Shown here piece after piece: positions 45,099 through 54,669 of a DNA stretch of 64,000 nucleotides. A model generated the notes under the pieces. The model had not been told where the DNA came from and did no database searches. It saw only the letters and a program-made list of their open reading frames with translations. Made by a program: the position numbers and the translations under genes. This stretch comes from Paracoccaceae bacterium (GTDB lineage Bacteria > Pseudomonadota > Alphaproteobacteria > Rhodobacterales > Rhodobacteraceae): assembly GCA_029244725.1 (NCBI GenBank), contig JAQWQJ010000077.1:128640-192639 (forward strand). The letters run 5' to 3'. How positions within the stretch are numbered: the first letter of the stretch is position 1; every line of letters starts with the position of its first letter.

Positions 45099-46838
45099 TC
45101 AGGCTTTAGCGGCATCTTCTAAGCGCAGTTGGGCAGATGTTCGACCACCCCACGTGTTTAAATCCAACTTGCCAGCAAGGTGAAAGCGTTGACCATTGTG
45201 GTTTTGAAGGTTTGGACCCAGTTCAGTGTCAAATGCACCAAAAGCGATCCCATCCAATCGTGGGCCGGTTCCGTCTGAAAAGCTTATTTTTAAGTGGTTT
45301 GCGCCGACTTTCTTGGCAAAGTTTATCTGCATGTCGGGAAACACAAATCGGGGTGCTGGGGCGGAAGCCCCGAACGGTCCCGCGTTTTCAAGCTGATCAA
45401 TCATTTCCACAGAGGCCGCTGCTGGCATCAAAATGCCATCAAGCTTTAGATCAGCCGCACCTAGCTCCGATGCACCTTGCTTGGCCAAAAGCTCTGATAA
45501 TCGCGCCATAGCCTGTTCTAACTTGTCACGCGCAACAGTCAGGCCTGCGGCCATTTTGTGCCCTCCGCCTTTAAGCAGAAGGCCCTCTTGCACCAAGCGA
45601 TGAATTTGTGCGCCCAAATCGATGCCCGAGACTGAACGACCTGACCCCTTGCCCTCATCCCCTTCAAGACCAATGACGATCGCAGGGCGGTTTGTGCTTT
45701 CTTTCAGGCGTGACGCTACAATGCCAACGACTCCTGGGTGCCAACCCTCGCCAGCGGCCCAAACTAGAGGAGCGTCAAAGCCACGTTCCTCGGCTTGTTC
45801 TTGTGCGGACAAGCGAACTTGATCTTCAACCGCGCGACGTTCTGCGTTTAATTCATCGAGTTTTTGAGCAATTGACAATGCTTCGGCGGAATCATGTGTC
45901 GATAAAAGTCGCGCACCCAAGTCGGACTTTCCGATCCGTCCGCCAGCATTAACGCGTGGGCCAAACATAAAGCCCAAGGTTTGACTGGACGGCGCTTTAT
46001 CTAGCTTTGTGACATCTGCTAAGGCTGCCAACCCAGGGCGTTCACGGCGCGTCATAACGCGCAATCCTTGCCTCACAAAGGCACGGTTCACACCAAGTAA
46101 GGGCGCAACATCTGCAACCGTTGCAAGCGCGACAAGATCTAGCATCGCCATAAGATCCGGACCGCGCTTACCAGCTTCGCGCATTTGCCTACCAGCCTCG
46201 ACCAAGACTAAAAACACGACAGCTGCCGCACAAAGATGCGCAAGATCGCCGGTTTCGTCCTGACGGTTCGGGTTTACGACGGCTAAGGCAGGGGGCAAAG
46301 TTTCGCCGCCCAAATGGTGATCCAGCACAAGAACATCCGCACCAGAGGCAGCGGCAATAGCCTCGTGGGAAAGCGTTCCACAATCGACGCAAATTATCAA
46401 ATCATGCGAAGACGCCAATTTAGTCATCGCTGGAATGTTTGGGCCGTAGCCTTCGGATATTCGATCGGGCACATAGAGTGTTGCGCGCTGGCCAAGCTGC
46501 CTTAGCCAATCAACCAACAATGCAGCCGAGCTACCGCCGTCCACGTCATAATCCGCGAAAATAGCGATTTTCTGCGAAGAGTTTGCTGCATCTAGCAAAC
46601 GCTTGGCGGCCTTTTCCACGTCCTTCATAGAGCGTGGATCGGGTAGTAAGTCTTTCAAAGTCGGAGAAAGGAACGCGTCAACATCAGCAGCGTCAACATC
46701 TCGTTTGGCGAGTATCTGGCAAAGGGCTGCTGCAAGCCCAGTCTGCTGCTCTAAGGCTTCTGCCTTGCGTTGTTGGTCGGGCGCTGGACCAATCCAGCGC
46801 CTTCCCGTTAGTGATGCCTCAATCCCGAGGAACGACAA
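45099..46838 (-). CDS. recJ: Single-stranded-DNA-specific exonuclease RecJ
   Basis: The DHH-family motifs are present (ADYDVDGGSS, VLVLDHH, GGGHKMAAG). 579 aa. Confidence 0.9.
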   Translation of the reverse strand: MSFLGIEASLTGRRWIGPAPDQQRKAEALEQQTGLAAALCQILAKRDVDAADVDAFLSPTLKDLLPDPRSMKDVEKAAKRLLDAANSSQKIAIFADYDVDGGSSAALLVDWLRQLGQRATLYVPDRISEGYGPNIPAMTKLASSHDLIICVDCGTLSHEAIAAASGADVLVLDHHLGGETLPPALAVVNPNRQDETGDLAHLCAAAVVFLVLVEAGRQMREAGKRGPDLMAMLDLVALATVADVAPLLGVNRAFVRQGLRVMTRRERPGLAALADVTKLDKAPSSQTLGFMFGPRVNAGGRIGKSDLGARLLSTHDSAEALSIAQKLDELNAERRAVEDQVRLSAQEQAEERGFDAPLVWAAGEGWHPGVVGIVASRLKESTNRPAIVIGLEGDEGKGSGRSVSGIDLGAQIHRLVQEGLLLKGGGHKMAAGLTVARDKLEQAMARLSELLAKQGASELGAADLKLDGILMPAAASVEMIDQLENAGPFGASAPAPRFVFPDMQINFAKKVGANHLKISFSDGTGPRLDGIAFGAFDTELGPNLQNHNGQRFHLAGKLDLNTWGGRTSAQLRLEDAAKA

Positions 46839-46847
46839 ATCGATGCC

Positions 46848-47810
46848 TTAGCGTGGGTTGCGGTAAACCATGCGACGGACAGAGCCGGTTTTTGAACGCA
46901 TTAGGATGGTTTCCGTGGTTAGGTGTCCAACTTCGCGTTTGATGCCTGCAACCAAAGACCCGTCTGTTACGCCAGTGGCAGCGAAAATGACGTCTTCAGT
47001 CACCATTTCATCGCGCGTATAAATACGATCAAAATCGGTTATGCCAGCCTTCGCAGCTCGGCCACGTTCGTCATCATTGCGGAACAACAGACGACCGAAA
47101 ATCTGGCCACCCATGCACTTCAAAGCCGAAGCAGCAAGAACACCCTCAGGTGCCCCGCCTTGGCCCATGTACATGTCGATGCCTGTGATCTCTGGCTCTG
47201 CGCAATGCATGACGCCTGCAACGTCGCCGTCTGTGATTAGGCGGATCGCGGCACCGGTGGCGCGCACTTCTTCGATCATTTCTTGATGGCGCGGACGCTC
47301 AAGAATGCAAACGGTGATGTCAGATGGCGCGCAACCTTTTGCGGCAGCTAGAGCAGTAACGCGTTCAGTTGGGGTCATATCCAGCGTAACAACGCCGTGC
47401 TCAAATCCCGGGCCAATTGCCAGCTTGTCCATATACGTGTCCGGTGCATGCAACATAGAGCCTCGAGGACCCATTGCGATTACGGCCAGCGCGTTTGGCA
47501 TGTCTTTTGCAGTAAGCGTCGTACCTTCTAGCGGATCCAACGCGATATCCACGCCAGGGCCAGTGCCAGAGCCGACTTCTTCACCGATGTAGAGCATTGG
47601 AGCTTCGTCGCGCTCACCCTCACCGATAACAACGACACCTTGAATGTCTAGCATGTTCAGCTGGGTACGCATTGCGTCTACGGCTGCCTGATCTGCGGCT
47701 TTCTCGTCTCCGCGGCCAATCAAGTCCGCCGAGGCGATTGCAGCTGCTTCTGAAACACGGGCAAGGCCGAGGGAAAGCATGCGGTCGTTGAAATCTTGTT
47801 TTGTGGCCAT
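46848..47810 (-). CDS. glpX: Class II fructose-1,6-bisphosphatase
   Basis: MATKQDFNDRMLSLGLARVSEAAA...DPLEGTT...ITGIDMYMGQGGAPEG is typical of GlpX. I prefer the internal ATG at 47810. Confidence 0.85.
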   Translation of the reverse strand: MATKQDFNDRMLSLGLARVSEAAAIASADLIGRGDEKAADQAAVDAMRTQLNMLDIQGVVVIGEGERDEAPMLYIGEEVGSGTGPGVDIALDPLEGTTLTAKDMPNALAVIAMGPRGSMLHAPDTYMDKLAIGPGFEHGVVTLDMTPTERVTALAAAKGCAPSDITVCILERPRHQEMIEEVRATGAAIRLITDGDVAGVMHCAEPEITGIDMYMGQGGAPEGVLAASALKCMGGQIFGRLLFRNDDERGRAAKAGITDFDRIYTRDEMVTEDVIFAATGVTDGSLVAGIKREVGHLTTETILMRSKTGSVRRMVYRNPR

Positions 47811-47975
47811 GGAAATCGTCCTTAAAGATAAAAGATCTTGTCGAGCCTTTTTAAGTCCCGCATCCAAACGACACAAGAGAAGCTAAGCTCTCGACAAGGG
47901 GTAATATTGGCAATTTTGTCGAAAATGCACCCGAGTTACCGAGCTAGGTCACCCAAGTGCAATAGTTTTTGTAAT

Positions 47976-49262
47976 TCAAACGTCTTCAATTCGTAGCGCA
48001 ACAGGCTGTCCGTTGACAAAACCCGTTTGCGGCAGGCTATCAACTGCTTGGGACAACGCATCCCAAGTACACGCATGAGTGACGATCAAAACAGGTGCGA
48101 TATTGTCGTCATGGCGCGATTGGCTCATGCGATCAATCGAGACGCCTGCGTCGCCCAAGGCAGATGCAACGGCTGCAAGCGCCCCCGGCATATCGTGCAA
48201 ATCCATACGGATGTAGTACGGCGTTGCGGCGGTGCTCATGGTTGAGCGCGCTTGAGAAAGGCTAGAGGCGGGCTGTCCGAATGTCGAAATGCGGAACCCA
48301 CGCGCGATATCGCAGACGTCGCCCATAACAGCGCTGGCTGTGGGGCCTTCGCCAGCACCAGCACCGCGCAATACGATTTGTCCAACTGAGTCACCTTCGA
48401 CGACGATCATGTTCGTGCCACCGTCCAATTGACCCAAAGGCGAATTGGCCGGAACCAAACACGGTGCCATGCTTTGTGACAAACCGTCGGTGGTCATTTT
48501 TGCAGTGCCAAGCAACTTAATGCGATAACCCATTTCAGCCGCGTGATGAATGTCTTCGATCTTTATGCGGTTGATACCTTCAAGATAGACCGAGTCGAAA
48601 TCAACCTTCGTACCGAAAGCAATCGACGACAAAAGTGAAAGCTTGTGACCTGCATCAATGCCGCCAACATCCAAATTTGGATCAGCCTCAAGAAATCCCA
48701 ATGCATCGGCTTCTTTGAAGACTTCCTCATAGGGCAGACCGGCGTTTTCCATGCGGGTCAAAATGTAATTACAAGTGCCGTTCATCACGCCCATGACACG
48801 CGAAAACTCGTTTGCAGCAAGACCTTCGGTCAGGGCTTTTATCACCGGAATACCACCAGCAACTGCCGCTTCAAACCGGATGACCGCACCTTTTGATTCT
48901 GCCAGTTCAGCCAACGCTTGCCCGTGGTGAGCCAGCATTGCTTTGTTGGCGGTCACAACGTCTTTAACTGCGTTCAGCGCCGCCTCGGTTGAGGCTTTTG
49001 CCGGACCATCACTACCACCCATAAGCTCAACATAAACGTCAACATCGTCGCGCTGCGCCAAGGAAACGGGATCGTCTTCCCATGCGTATCCAGCAAGGTC
49101 GACGCCACGATCCTTGTCGCGATTGCGTGCCGAAACAGCAGTAATTACAAGCTTCTTACCGGTTCGTGCCTCAAGCCGCGCGCCATGCGCTTCTATGATC
49201 TTGATAACACCAACGCCAACGGTCCCCAGACCTGCGATGCCCATTCTTAGGGTGTCTGACAT
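47976..49262 (-). CDS. hom: Homoserine dehydrogenase
   Basis: It has an N-terminal GIAGLGTVGVG NAD-binding site, a central catalytic domain and a C-terminal ACT domain. 428 aa. Confidence 0.9.
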   Translation of the reverse strand: MSDTLRMGIAGLGTVGVGVIKIIEAHGARLEARTGKKLVITAVSARNRDKDRGVDLAGYAWEDDPVSLAQRDDVDVYVELMGGSDGPAKASTEAALNAVKDVVTANKAMLAHHGQALAELAESKGAVIRFEAAVAGGIPVIKALTEGLAANEFSRVMGVMNGTCNYILTRMENAGLPYEEVFKEADALGFLEADPNLDVGGIDAGHKLSLLSSIAFGTKVDFDSVYLEGINRIKIEDIHHAAEMGYRIKLLGTAKMTTDGLSQSMAPCLVPANSPLGQLDGGTNMIVVEGDSVGQIVLRGAGAGEGPTASAVMGDVCDIARGFRISTFGQPASSLSQARSTMSTAATPYYIRMDLHDMPGALAAVASALGDAGVSIDRMSQSRHDDNIAPVLIVTHACTWDALSQAVDSLPQTGFVNGQPVALRIEDV

Positions 49263-49345
49263 TTGGGGACTCCTTTGATGAAATGTCCGTTTGCGCGGGT
49301 GTAACGAGTTCTATATCGGGCCGCAACACGCGGAAGTTGGATCAC

Positions 49346-49570
49346 CTAGTTAAAGATCGAACCAATGCGTGCCCATAGTCCGGCTGTTCTACCATCTAGC
49401 TCGGAAATAACGTCGTCGCTTAAGGTGCCAACGTCTGAAGTGCCTTGTTGCTCAAGCGCAATCAGCTTGGGAAAGCTTGCACCTTGACTGGCGGCTGAAA
49501 TCTCTTGGTTAGTGGCCGGCATTTCTGTGCAACCAGAAACAAGAACAACGGCAATAAGTAGTTTACGCAT
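49346..49570 (-). CDS. Small putative lipoprotein
   Basis: The internal start MRKLLIAVVLVSGC provides a lipobox (LVSGC). About 74 aa. Confidence 0.45.
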   Translation of the reverse strand: MRKLLIAVVLVSGCTEMPATNQEISAASQGASFPKLIALEQQGTSDVGTLSDDVISELDGRTAGLWARIGSIFN

Positions 49571-49637
49571 AAGAGATTCCCTGAAATTCAGGTCACATAA
49601 CCAGCTTGCAGACAATCTCGCAAGGAAGGCTAGGATT

Positions 49638-49651
49638 TGAACATACGTTCA
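49638..49651. promoter_or_regulatory. Short inverted repeat just upstream of the TetR gene (candidate operator)
   Basis: TGAAC-ATAC-GTTCA lies 14 nt upstream of the TetR start codon, in the divergent intergenic region. Confidence 0.3.
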
Positions 49652-49664
49652 GTTAACTAGGGCT

Positions 49665-50258
49665 ATGGCACGAACATCCGGAAGTCACGCGGGCATAACC
49701 GGCCCCAAGGTGCAGCAAGCAGCGCTTAAGTTGTTTGCGCAAAATGGCTATGCGGCGGTTTCTATGCGCCAAATCGCGGCCGAAGTCGGGGTGCAGGCAG
49801 GGGCATTGTACAACTACACTCCGGACAAGCAGTCTTTGCTGTTTGATTTACTTAAAGGGCATATGGACGACTTGCTAGCGGCGAGGGCTAAGCGATCTTG
49901 TGATGAAGATGCCCGCTCAAAGTTGGAAGACTTTGTTCGCTTTCATATACGTTTTCACCATGCCCGTGGTGATGCAGTTTTCATATCCTATATGGAGCTA
50001 CGAAACCTGACGCCTGATAATTTCCAAGTCATTGAGGGCATGCGTCGGGAATATGAAGCTGAATTACAGGGCATTCTTGACCAAGGCGTAAGTGAAAATG
50101 TTTTTCGCTTGGCGGACGCGAAAATAACGTCGCTTGCCATTATTGCGATGCTGACTGGCGTGAATACTTGGTATCGTGCCACTGGTCGTCTGACTCTTTC
50201 CCAAGTTGAAGAAATTTACCTAGGGATGGTGACAAACGCTGTTGCGCGGTCGTCATAG
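49665..50258 (+). CDS. TetR/AcrR-family transcriptional regulator
   Basis: It has the N-terminal HTH AAVSMRQIAAEVGVQAGALYNY. 197 aa. Confidence 0.85.
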   Translation: MARTSGSHAGITGPKVQQAALKLFAQNGYAAVSMRQIAAEVGVQAGALYNYTPDKQSLLFDLLKGHMDDLLAARAKRSCDEDARSKLEDFVRFHIRFHHARGDAVFISYMELRNLTPDNFQVIEGMRREYEAELQGILDQGVSENVFRLADAKITSLAIIAMLTGVNTWYRATGRLTLSQVEEIYLGMVTNAVARSS

Positions 50259-50300
50259 ACTGTTAAACCGTCTGAACATCTGACAACTGGACCGTGCCAA

Positions 50301-50783
50301 ATGACCGATGAAGTTCTTATGACTGTACAAGCGTCCCCGATGCGTAAATATTTTGGGGCAAGCACGTTGGCCGTTCTAGGTTTTATGATGGTCTATCTGG
50401 GCGTGTCTCTACAAGGTGAGATTGCCAGTCGCGCGATCTTGACCGTTGGCGGCGCATTTATGCTTTGGTCCACTGGACGGTTATTGGCGGCTGCGTCGCA
50501 ATCTCTGGAACTTACGGCTGATGAACTGCGTGCAAGTTCCGGTCAGGTTTTGGCCCGCATCAATGATATTGAAAAAGTTGATCGCGGTACTTTCGCTTTC
50601 AAGCCTTCGCACGGTTTCATAGTCATCATGAAAGAACGTCAGTTGCGCGCCTGGAGTCCGGGTATGTGGTGGCGTTTGGGTCGCCGGATCGGCGTCGGTG
50701 GCATCACGAACGGCGGTCAAAACAAAGCTATGGCTGAAATGATGACGATGCTTCTTGCAAGCAGAGACAGCGAAAACGCTTGA
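50301..50783 (+). CDS. Hypothetical membrane protein
   Basis: 160 aa with two N-terminal hydrophobic segments. I recognise no family. Confidence 0.4.
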   Translation: MTDEVLMTVQASPMRKYFGASTLAVLGFMMVYLGVSLQGEIASRAILTVGGAFMLWSTGRLLAAASQSLELTADELRASSGQVLARINDIEKVDRGTFAFKPSHGFIVIMKERQLRAWSPGMWWRLGRRIGVGGITNGGQNKAMAEMMTMLLASRDSENA

Positions 50784-50834
50784 TTTTTAGCGTTCGGCTC
50801 ATTGCGATCTATTCCACAGTTAGAGAAGTTTAAA

Positions 50835-50853
50835 TCTGCCAAATTTTGGCAGA
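50835..50853. promoter_or_regulatory. Perfect 9-bp inverted repeat upstream of the glutamate dehydrogenase gene
   Basis: TCTGCCAAA-T-TTTGGCAGA, flanked by two TTTAAAT motifs. It lies about 130 nt upstream of the gdh ATG. Confidence 0.35.
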
Positions 50854-50982
50854 CATTCCTGCCCATTTAAATCTCGCGAAAAATTGTCTGGGTTTTATCG
50901 GGGAATCGACTAGGTTCGAATAAGTGCACAATTTTTTGGCACTTTAAAAACTTGCGTATCAAAGGAATATCGAGGGGAAACG

Positions 50983-52413
50983 ATGAAACCTGTGAACGAA
51001 CCTAGTTTTCGCGAAAGCGTTGATCTCATGTTTAACAGGGCGGTGTCCCTGATGGACCTGCCACCTGGCCTTGAAGAAAAAATTCGGGTTTGTAACGCCA
51101 CATATACCGTACGTTTTGGTGTCCGCCTGCGCGGTAAGATCCAGACGTTTACCGGCTATCGTGCTGTTCACTCCGAACATATGGAGCCCGTTAAGGGTGG
51201 CATCCGCTTCGCAATGGGTGTTGATCAGGACGAGGTTGAGGCTCTGGCTGCGCTGATGACCTATAAGTGTGCTTTGGTCGAAGCCCCGTTTGGTGGCTCA
51301 AAGGGCGGTCTTCGCATAGATCCCCGCCAATATGATGAACAAGAACTTGAACTAATCACACGTCGTTTTGCCTATGAACTGATTAAGCGCGATCTGATTA
51401 ACCCATCCCAGAACGTCCCAGCCCCTGATATGGGCACCGGTGAACGTGAAATGGCGTGGATTGCCGATCAGTACGCACGGATGAATACGACTGACATTAA
51501 CGCCAAAGCATGTGTGACGGGTAAGCCGTTAAACAGTGGCGGCATCTCAGGTCGGGTTGAAGCGACGGGCAGGGGTGTTCAATACGCCCTTCAAGAGTTC
51601 TTTCGCCATCCTGAGGACGTCAAGAAAGCCAACCTTTCAGGCAAACTAGACGGCAAACGCGTCATTGTGCAGGGTCTTGGAAACGTTGGCTATCACGCCG
51701 CTAAGTTTCTTCAGGAAGAAGACGGCTGCCTTATTACAGGCATCATTGAACGCGATGGGGCTTTGTATAGTGAAACTGGCCTTGATGTTGGTGCGGTACA
51801 CGAATGGCTTGTCCGTCATGGCGGCGTCGCTGGTTTTCCAGATGCAAATTGTCATGCGGACGGCGCTAAGGTTCTTGAGGAAGATTGCGATATCCTGATC
51901 CCAGCTGCGCTAGAAGGTGTGATCAACATGGGCAACGCAGGGAACGTCAAAGCGCCCCTGATCATCGAGGCAGCGAATGGGCCAGTTACCGCTGGCGCGG
52001 ATAAAATCCTCCGAGAGAAGGGCACCGTGATCATTCCCGACATGTACGCCAATGCGGGCGGTGTGACGGTGTCATATTTCGAGTGGGTCAAAAACCTTAG
52101 CCATATTCGCTTTGGTCGCATGCAACGCCGTCAGGAAGAAGCGCGGCATGATTTGATTATTCAGGAACTTGAGCGTCTTGATCACCATCTTGGCGACGGT
52201 TGGTCTATGTCTCCGAACTTTAAGGAAAAATACCTAAAAGGCGCGGACGAGTTACAACTGGTGCGCTCTGGTCTCGACGACACTATGCGAACTGCCTACC
52301 AAGGAATGAGCAAAATCTGGCACGAACGCGATGATGTCGAAGATTTGCGCACGGCAGCCTATATTGTCGCCATCGAAAAAGTGGCGTCGTCGTATCGGGC
52401 AAAGGGGCTTTAG
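50983..52413 (+). CDS. Glu/Leu/Phe/Val dehydrogenase family protein (glutamate dehydrogenase-like)
   Basis: It has KGGIRF, PFGGSKGG and a GLGNVG Rossmann motif. 476 aa. Confidence 0.85.
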   Translation: MKPVNEPSFRESVDLMFNRAVSLMDLPPGLEEKIRVCNATYTVRFGVRLRGKIQTFTGYRAVHSEHMEPVKGGIRFAMGVDQDEVEALAALMTYKCALVEAPFGGSKGGLRIDPRQYDEQELELITRRFAYELIKRDLINPSQNVPAPDMGTGEREMAWIADQYARMNTTDINAKACVTGKPLNSGGISGRVEATGRGVQYALQEFFRHPEDVKKANLSGKLDGKRVIVQGLGNVGYHAAKFLQEEDGCLITGIIERDGALYSETGLDVGAVHEWLVRHGGVAGFPDANCHADGAKVLEEDCDILIPAALEGVINMGNAGNVKAPLIIEAANGPVTAGADKILREKGTVIIPDMYANAGGVTVSYFEWVKNLSHIRFGRMQRRQEEARHDLIIQELERLDHHLGDGWSMSPNFKEKYLKGADELQLVRSGLDDTMRTAYQGMSKIWHERDDVEDLRTAAYIVAIEKVASSYRAKGL

Positions 52414-52419
52414 GCTTAA

Positions 52420-53013
52420 ATGACTCGCGCCAAAGTTCCGTTTTCATGCGACTGCGGTCAAGTTCACGGAACCATTAATGAGGTTGCTCCAAATCGGGGC
52501 AACCTTGTGACCTGTTACTGCAAGTCCTGTCAAACGGCGGCAAACATTCTAGGTTACACCGAAACGTTGGACAAATACGGCGGAACAGAGGTTTTTCAAA
52601 CCGTTCCATCAAAAATCACGTTCCTCAGCGGGGACGATAAGCTTGCGTGTCTTCGATTGTCGCCCAAAGGCTTATTGCGTTGGTACGCATCTTGCTGTGA
52701 TGCACCGTTATTTTCTATGCCCAACGCCAATTGGTACGCGATTGCCGGTGTAAATATGGCGCGGGTAGATGCGGCAAATAAAGACGCCTTTGGAAAACCG
52801 GTTTCCTTTCACGCGACCAAAAGTGCGCAGAACCCGCCAATTGACCTAAAAGATTTTGGTGTCAAACGGGCTTTCGTCAGACTGACGTGGCGTGCGCTAA
52901 AAGCGGCTCTACGGCGCGATAGCGGAAAGCCGTTTTTCACTGAGACCGGAGAAATTGCAGTAGCACCTCGGGTAGTGACGCTTGAGGAACGACGGGCCGC
53001 TACGCCGGACTGA
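52420..53013 (+). CDS. Cys-rich zinc-binding-like protein (GFA/DUF6151-like)
   Basis: It has CDCG...CYCKSCQ...CC cysteine clusters. The assignment is by resemblance only. Confidence 0.4.
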   Translation: MTRAKVPFSCDCGQVHGTINEVAPNRGNLVTCYCKSCQTAANILGYTETLDKYGGTEVFQTVPSKITFLSGDDKLACLRLSPKGLLRWYASCCDAPLFSMPNANWYAIAGVNMARVDAANKDAFGKPVSFHATKSAQNPPIDLKDFGVKRAFVRLTWRALKAALRRDSGKPFFTETGEIAVAPRVVTLEERRAATPD

Positions 53014-53131
53014 CGCTTTCGGCGACATGATTTCACAAATTGCTGTCGCTTTATGAGCAGTTGCCAAAAACTTCACATTGCAGTCTGAGCCAAGACTTGG
53101 TTCATTCGGATCAGGTAGAGGGAGAATAGAC

Positions 53132-54385
53132 ATGCGTTTTTCCGCGCTTCGCGTGCTGAAAGAAGGTTTGACTGGCAACAAAGGCTGGACTGCCCATTGG
53201 CGTGATCCCGAACCAAAAGATGAATATGACGCCATTATTATAGGTGGCGGCGGGCATGGCCTGTCGACCGCTTACTATTTGGCCAAAAACCACGGCATGA
53301 CCAATATTGCGGTGCTGGAAAAAGGGTATCTTGGCGGGGGTAACGTTGGTCGAAACACCACCATCGTCCGTGCCAATTATTTCCTCGATGGCAATACCGA
53401 GTTTTACAGCCATTCGCTGAAGCTTTGGGAAAATCTTGAGATCGACCTCAATTACAACGTGATGCATTCGCAGCGCGGTCTGATCAATCTGTTTCATTCA
53501 GACGGCCAGCGGGACGCCTTTGCCCGTCGCGGCAATGCAATGATCAACCAAGGCGATGACGCAGTACTTCTGGATCGCGAAGGCGTACGCAAACATCTAC
53601 CTTATCTTGATTTCGACAACGCCCGCTTTCCGATCTATGGCGGATTACTGCACCCTCGTGGTGGCACCGCACGCCATGACGCTGTGGCTTGGGGATATGC
53701 CCGCGGCGCCGATCAACGCGGTGTTGACCTGCTCCAAAACTGCGAAGTCACCGGCATCGATATTGAAAACGGTAAAGTCACAGGCGTCCAGACGACTCGT
53801 GGAGCGATCAAAGCCAAAAAGGTCGCGATGGTTGTTGCGGGGCGTACCAGTCAAGTCGCAGCGATGGCCGGAATGCGCGTGCCCGTCGAAAGTACGGTCC
53901 TTCAGGCATTTGTAACGGAAGGTCTAAAACCTGTTATAAATCATGTTGTTAGCTTTGGTATGGGGCATTTTTATATCAGCCAATCCGATAAGGGCGGCCT
54001 TGTGTTCGGAGGAGACGTTGATTTCTACGCCTCATACGCTCAACGCGGTAACTTGCCGATGAAGGAACACGTGATGGAGGCTGGCATGACCCTGATGCCA
54101 ATGATCGGCAAGGCCAAGGTGTTACGGTCATGGGGTGGGATTATGGATATGTCGCCCGACGGTTCACCGACAATCGACAAAACCCATGTCGACGGGCTGT
54201 TCCTCAACTGTGGCTGGAACTACGGCGGCTTCAAAGCCGTGCCAGCCTCGGGTTGGGCGACGGCGCATCTTATGGCCACCGGAAACCATCACGACACTGC
54301 CACCAAATTCCTGCTCAGCCGCTTTGAGACAGGTTACAGCCTGCTCGACGAAGAAGGCACCGGCAGCCAACACAACTTGCACTAA
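53132..54385 (+). CDS. soxB: Sarcosine oxidase subunit beta
   Basis: It has the FAD-binding IIIGGGGHGLSTAYYLAK motif. It is followed by the delta, alpha and gamma subunit genes. I prefer the ATG at 53132. Confidence 0.9.
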   Translation: MRFSALRVLKEGLTGNKGWTAHWRDPEPKDEYDAIIIGGGGHGLSTAYYLAKNHGMTNIAVLEKGYLGGGNVGRNTTIVRANYFLDGNTEFYSHSLKLWENLEIDLNYNVMHSQRGLINLFHSDGQRDAFARRGNAMINQGDDAVLLDREGVRKHLPYLDFDNARFPIYGGLLHPRGGTARHDAVAWGYARGADQRGVDLLQNCEVTGIDIENGKVTGVQTTRGAIKAKKVAMVVAGRTSQVAAMAGMRVPVESTVLQAFVTEGLKPVINHVVSFGMGHFYISQSDKGGLVFGGDVDFYASYAQRGNLPMKEHVMEAGMTLMPMIGKAKVLRSWGGIMDMSPDGSPTIDKTHVDGLFLNCGWNYGGFKAVPASGWATAHLMATGNHHDTATKFLLSRFETGYSLLDEEGTGSQHNLH

Positions 54386-54396
54386 GGAGCGCGGCA

Positions 54397-54669
54397 ATGA
54401 GAATTACCTGTCCACATTGCGGCGAACGAGACCGACGCGAATTTTACTACGTCGGCGACGCATTAGCGATTGATCGGCCCGAACCAGATGCCGGATCTGA
54501 CGTATGGAATGACTACATCCACAACCGTGATAACCCTGCAGGTGTGACCCGTGATCTCTGGTATCATGAAAGCGGTTGCTCGGCTTGGACCGTCGTCACA
54601 CGCAACACCGTTACGCATGAAATACTCGATACTATGCTGGCCGCAGATGCAAAGGAGGGCCAGTCATGA
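54397..54669 (+). CDS. soxD: Sarcosine oxidase subunit delta
   Basis: 90 aa, starting MRITCPHCGERDRREFYYVGD. It sits in the expected position between soxB and soxA. Confidence 0.9.
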   Translation: MRITCPHCGERDRREFYYVGDALAIDRPEPDAGSDVWNDYIHNRDNPAGVTRDLWYHESGCSAWTVVTRNTVTHEILDTMLAADAKEGQS

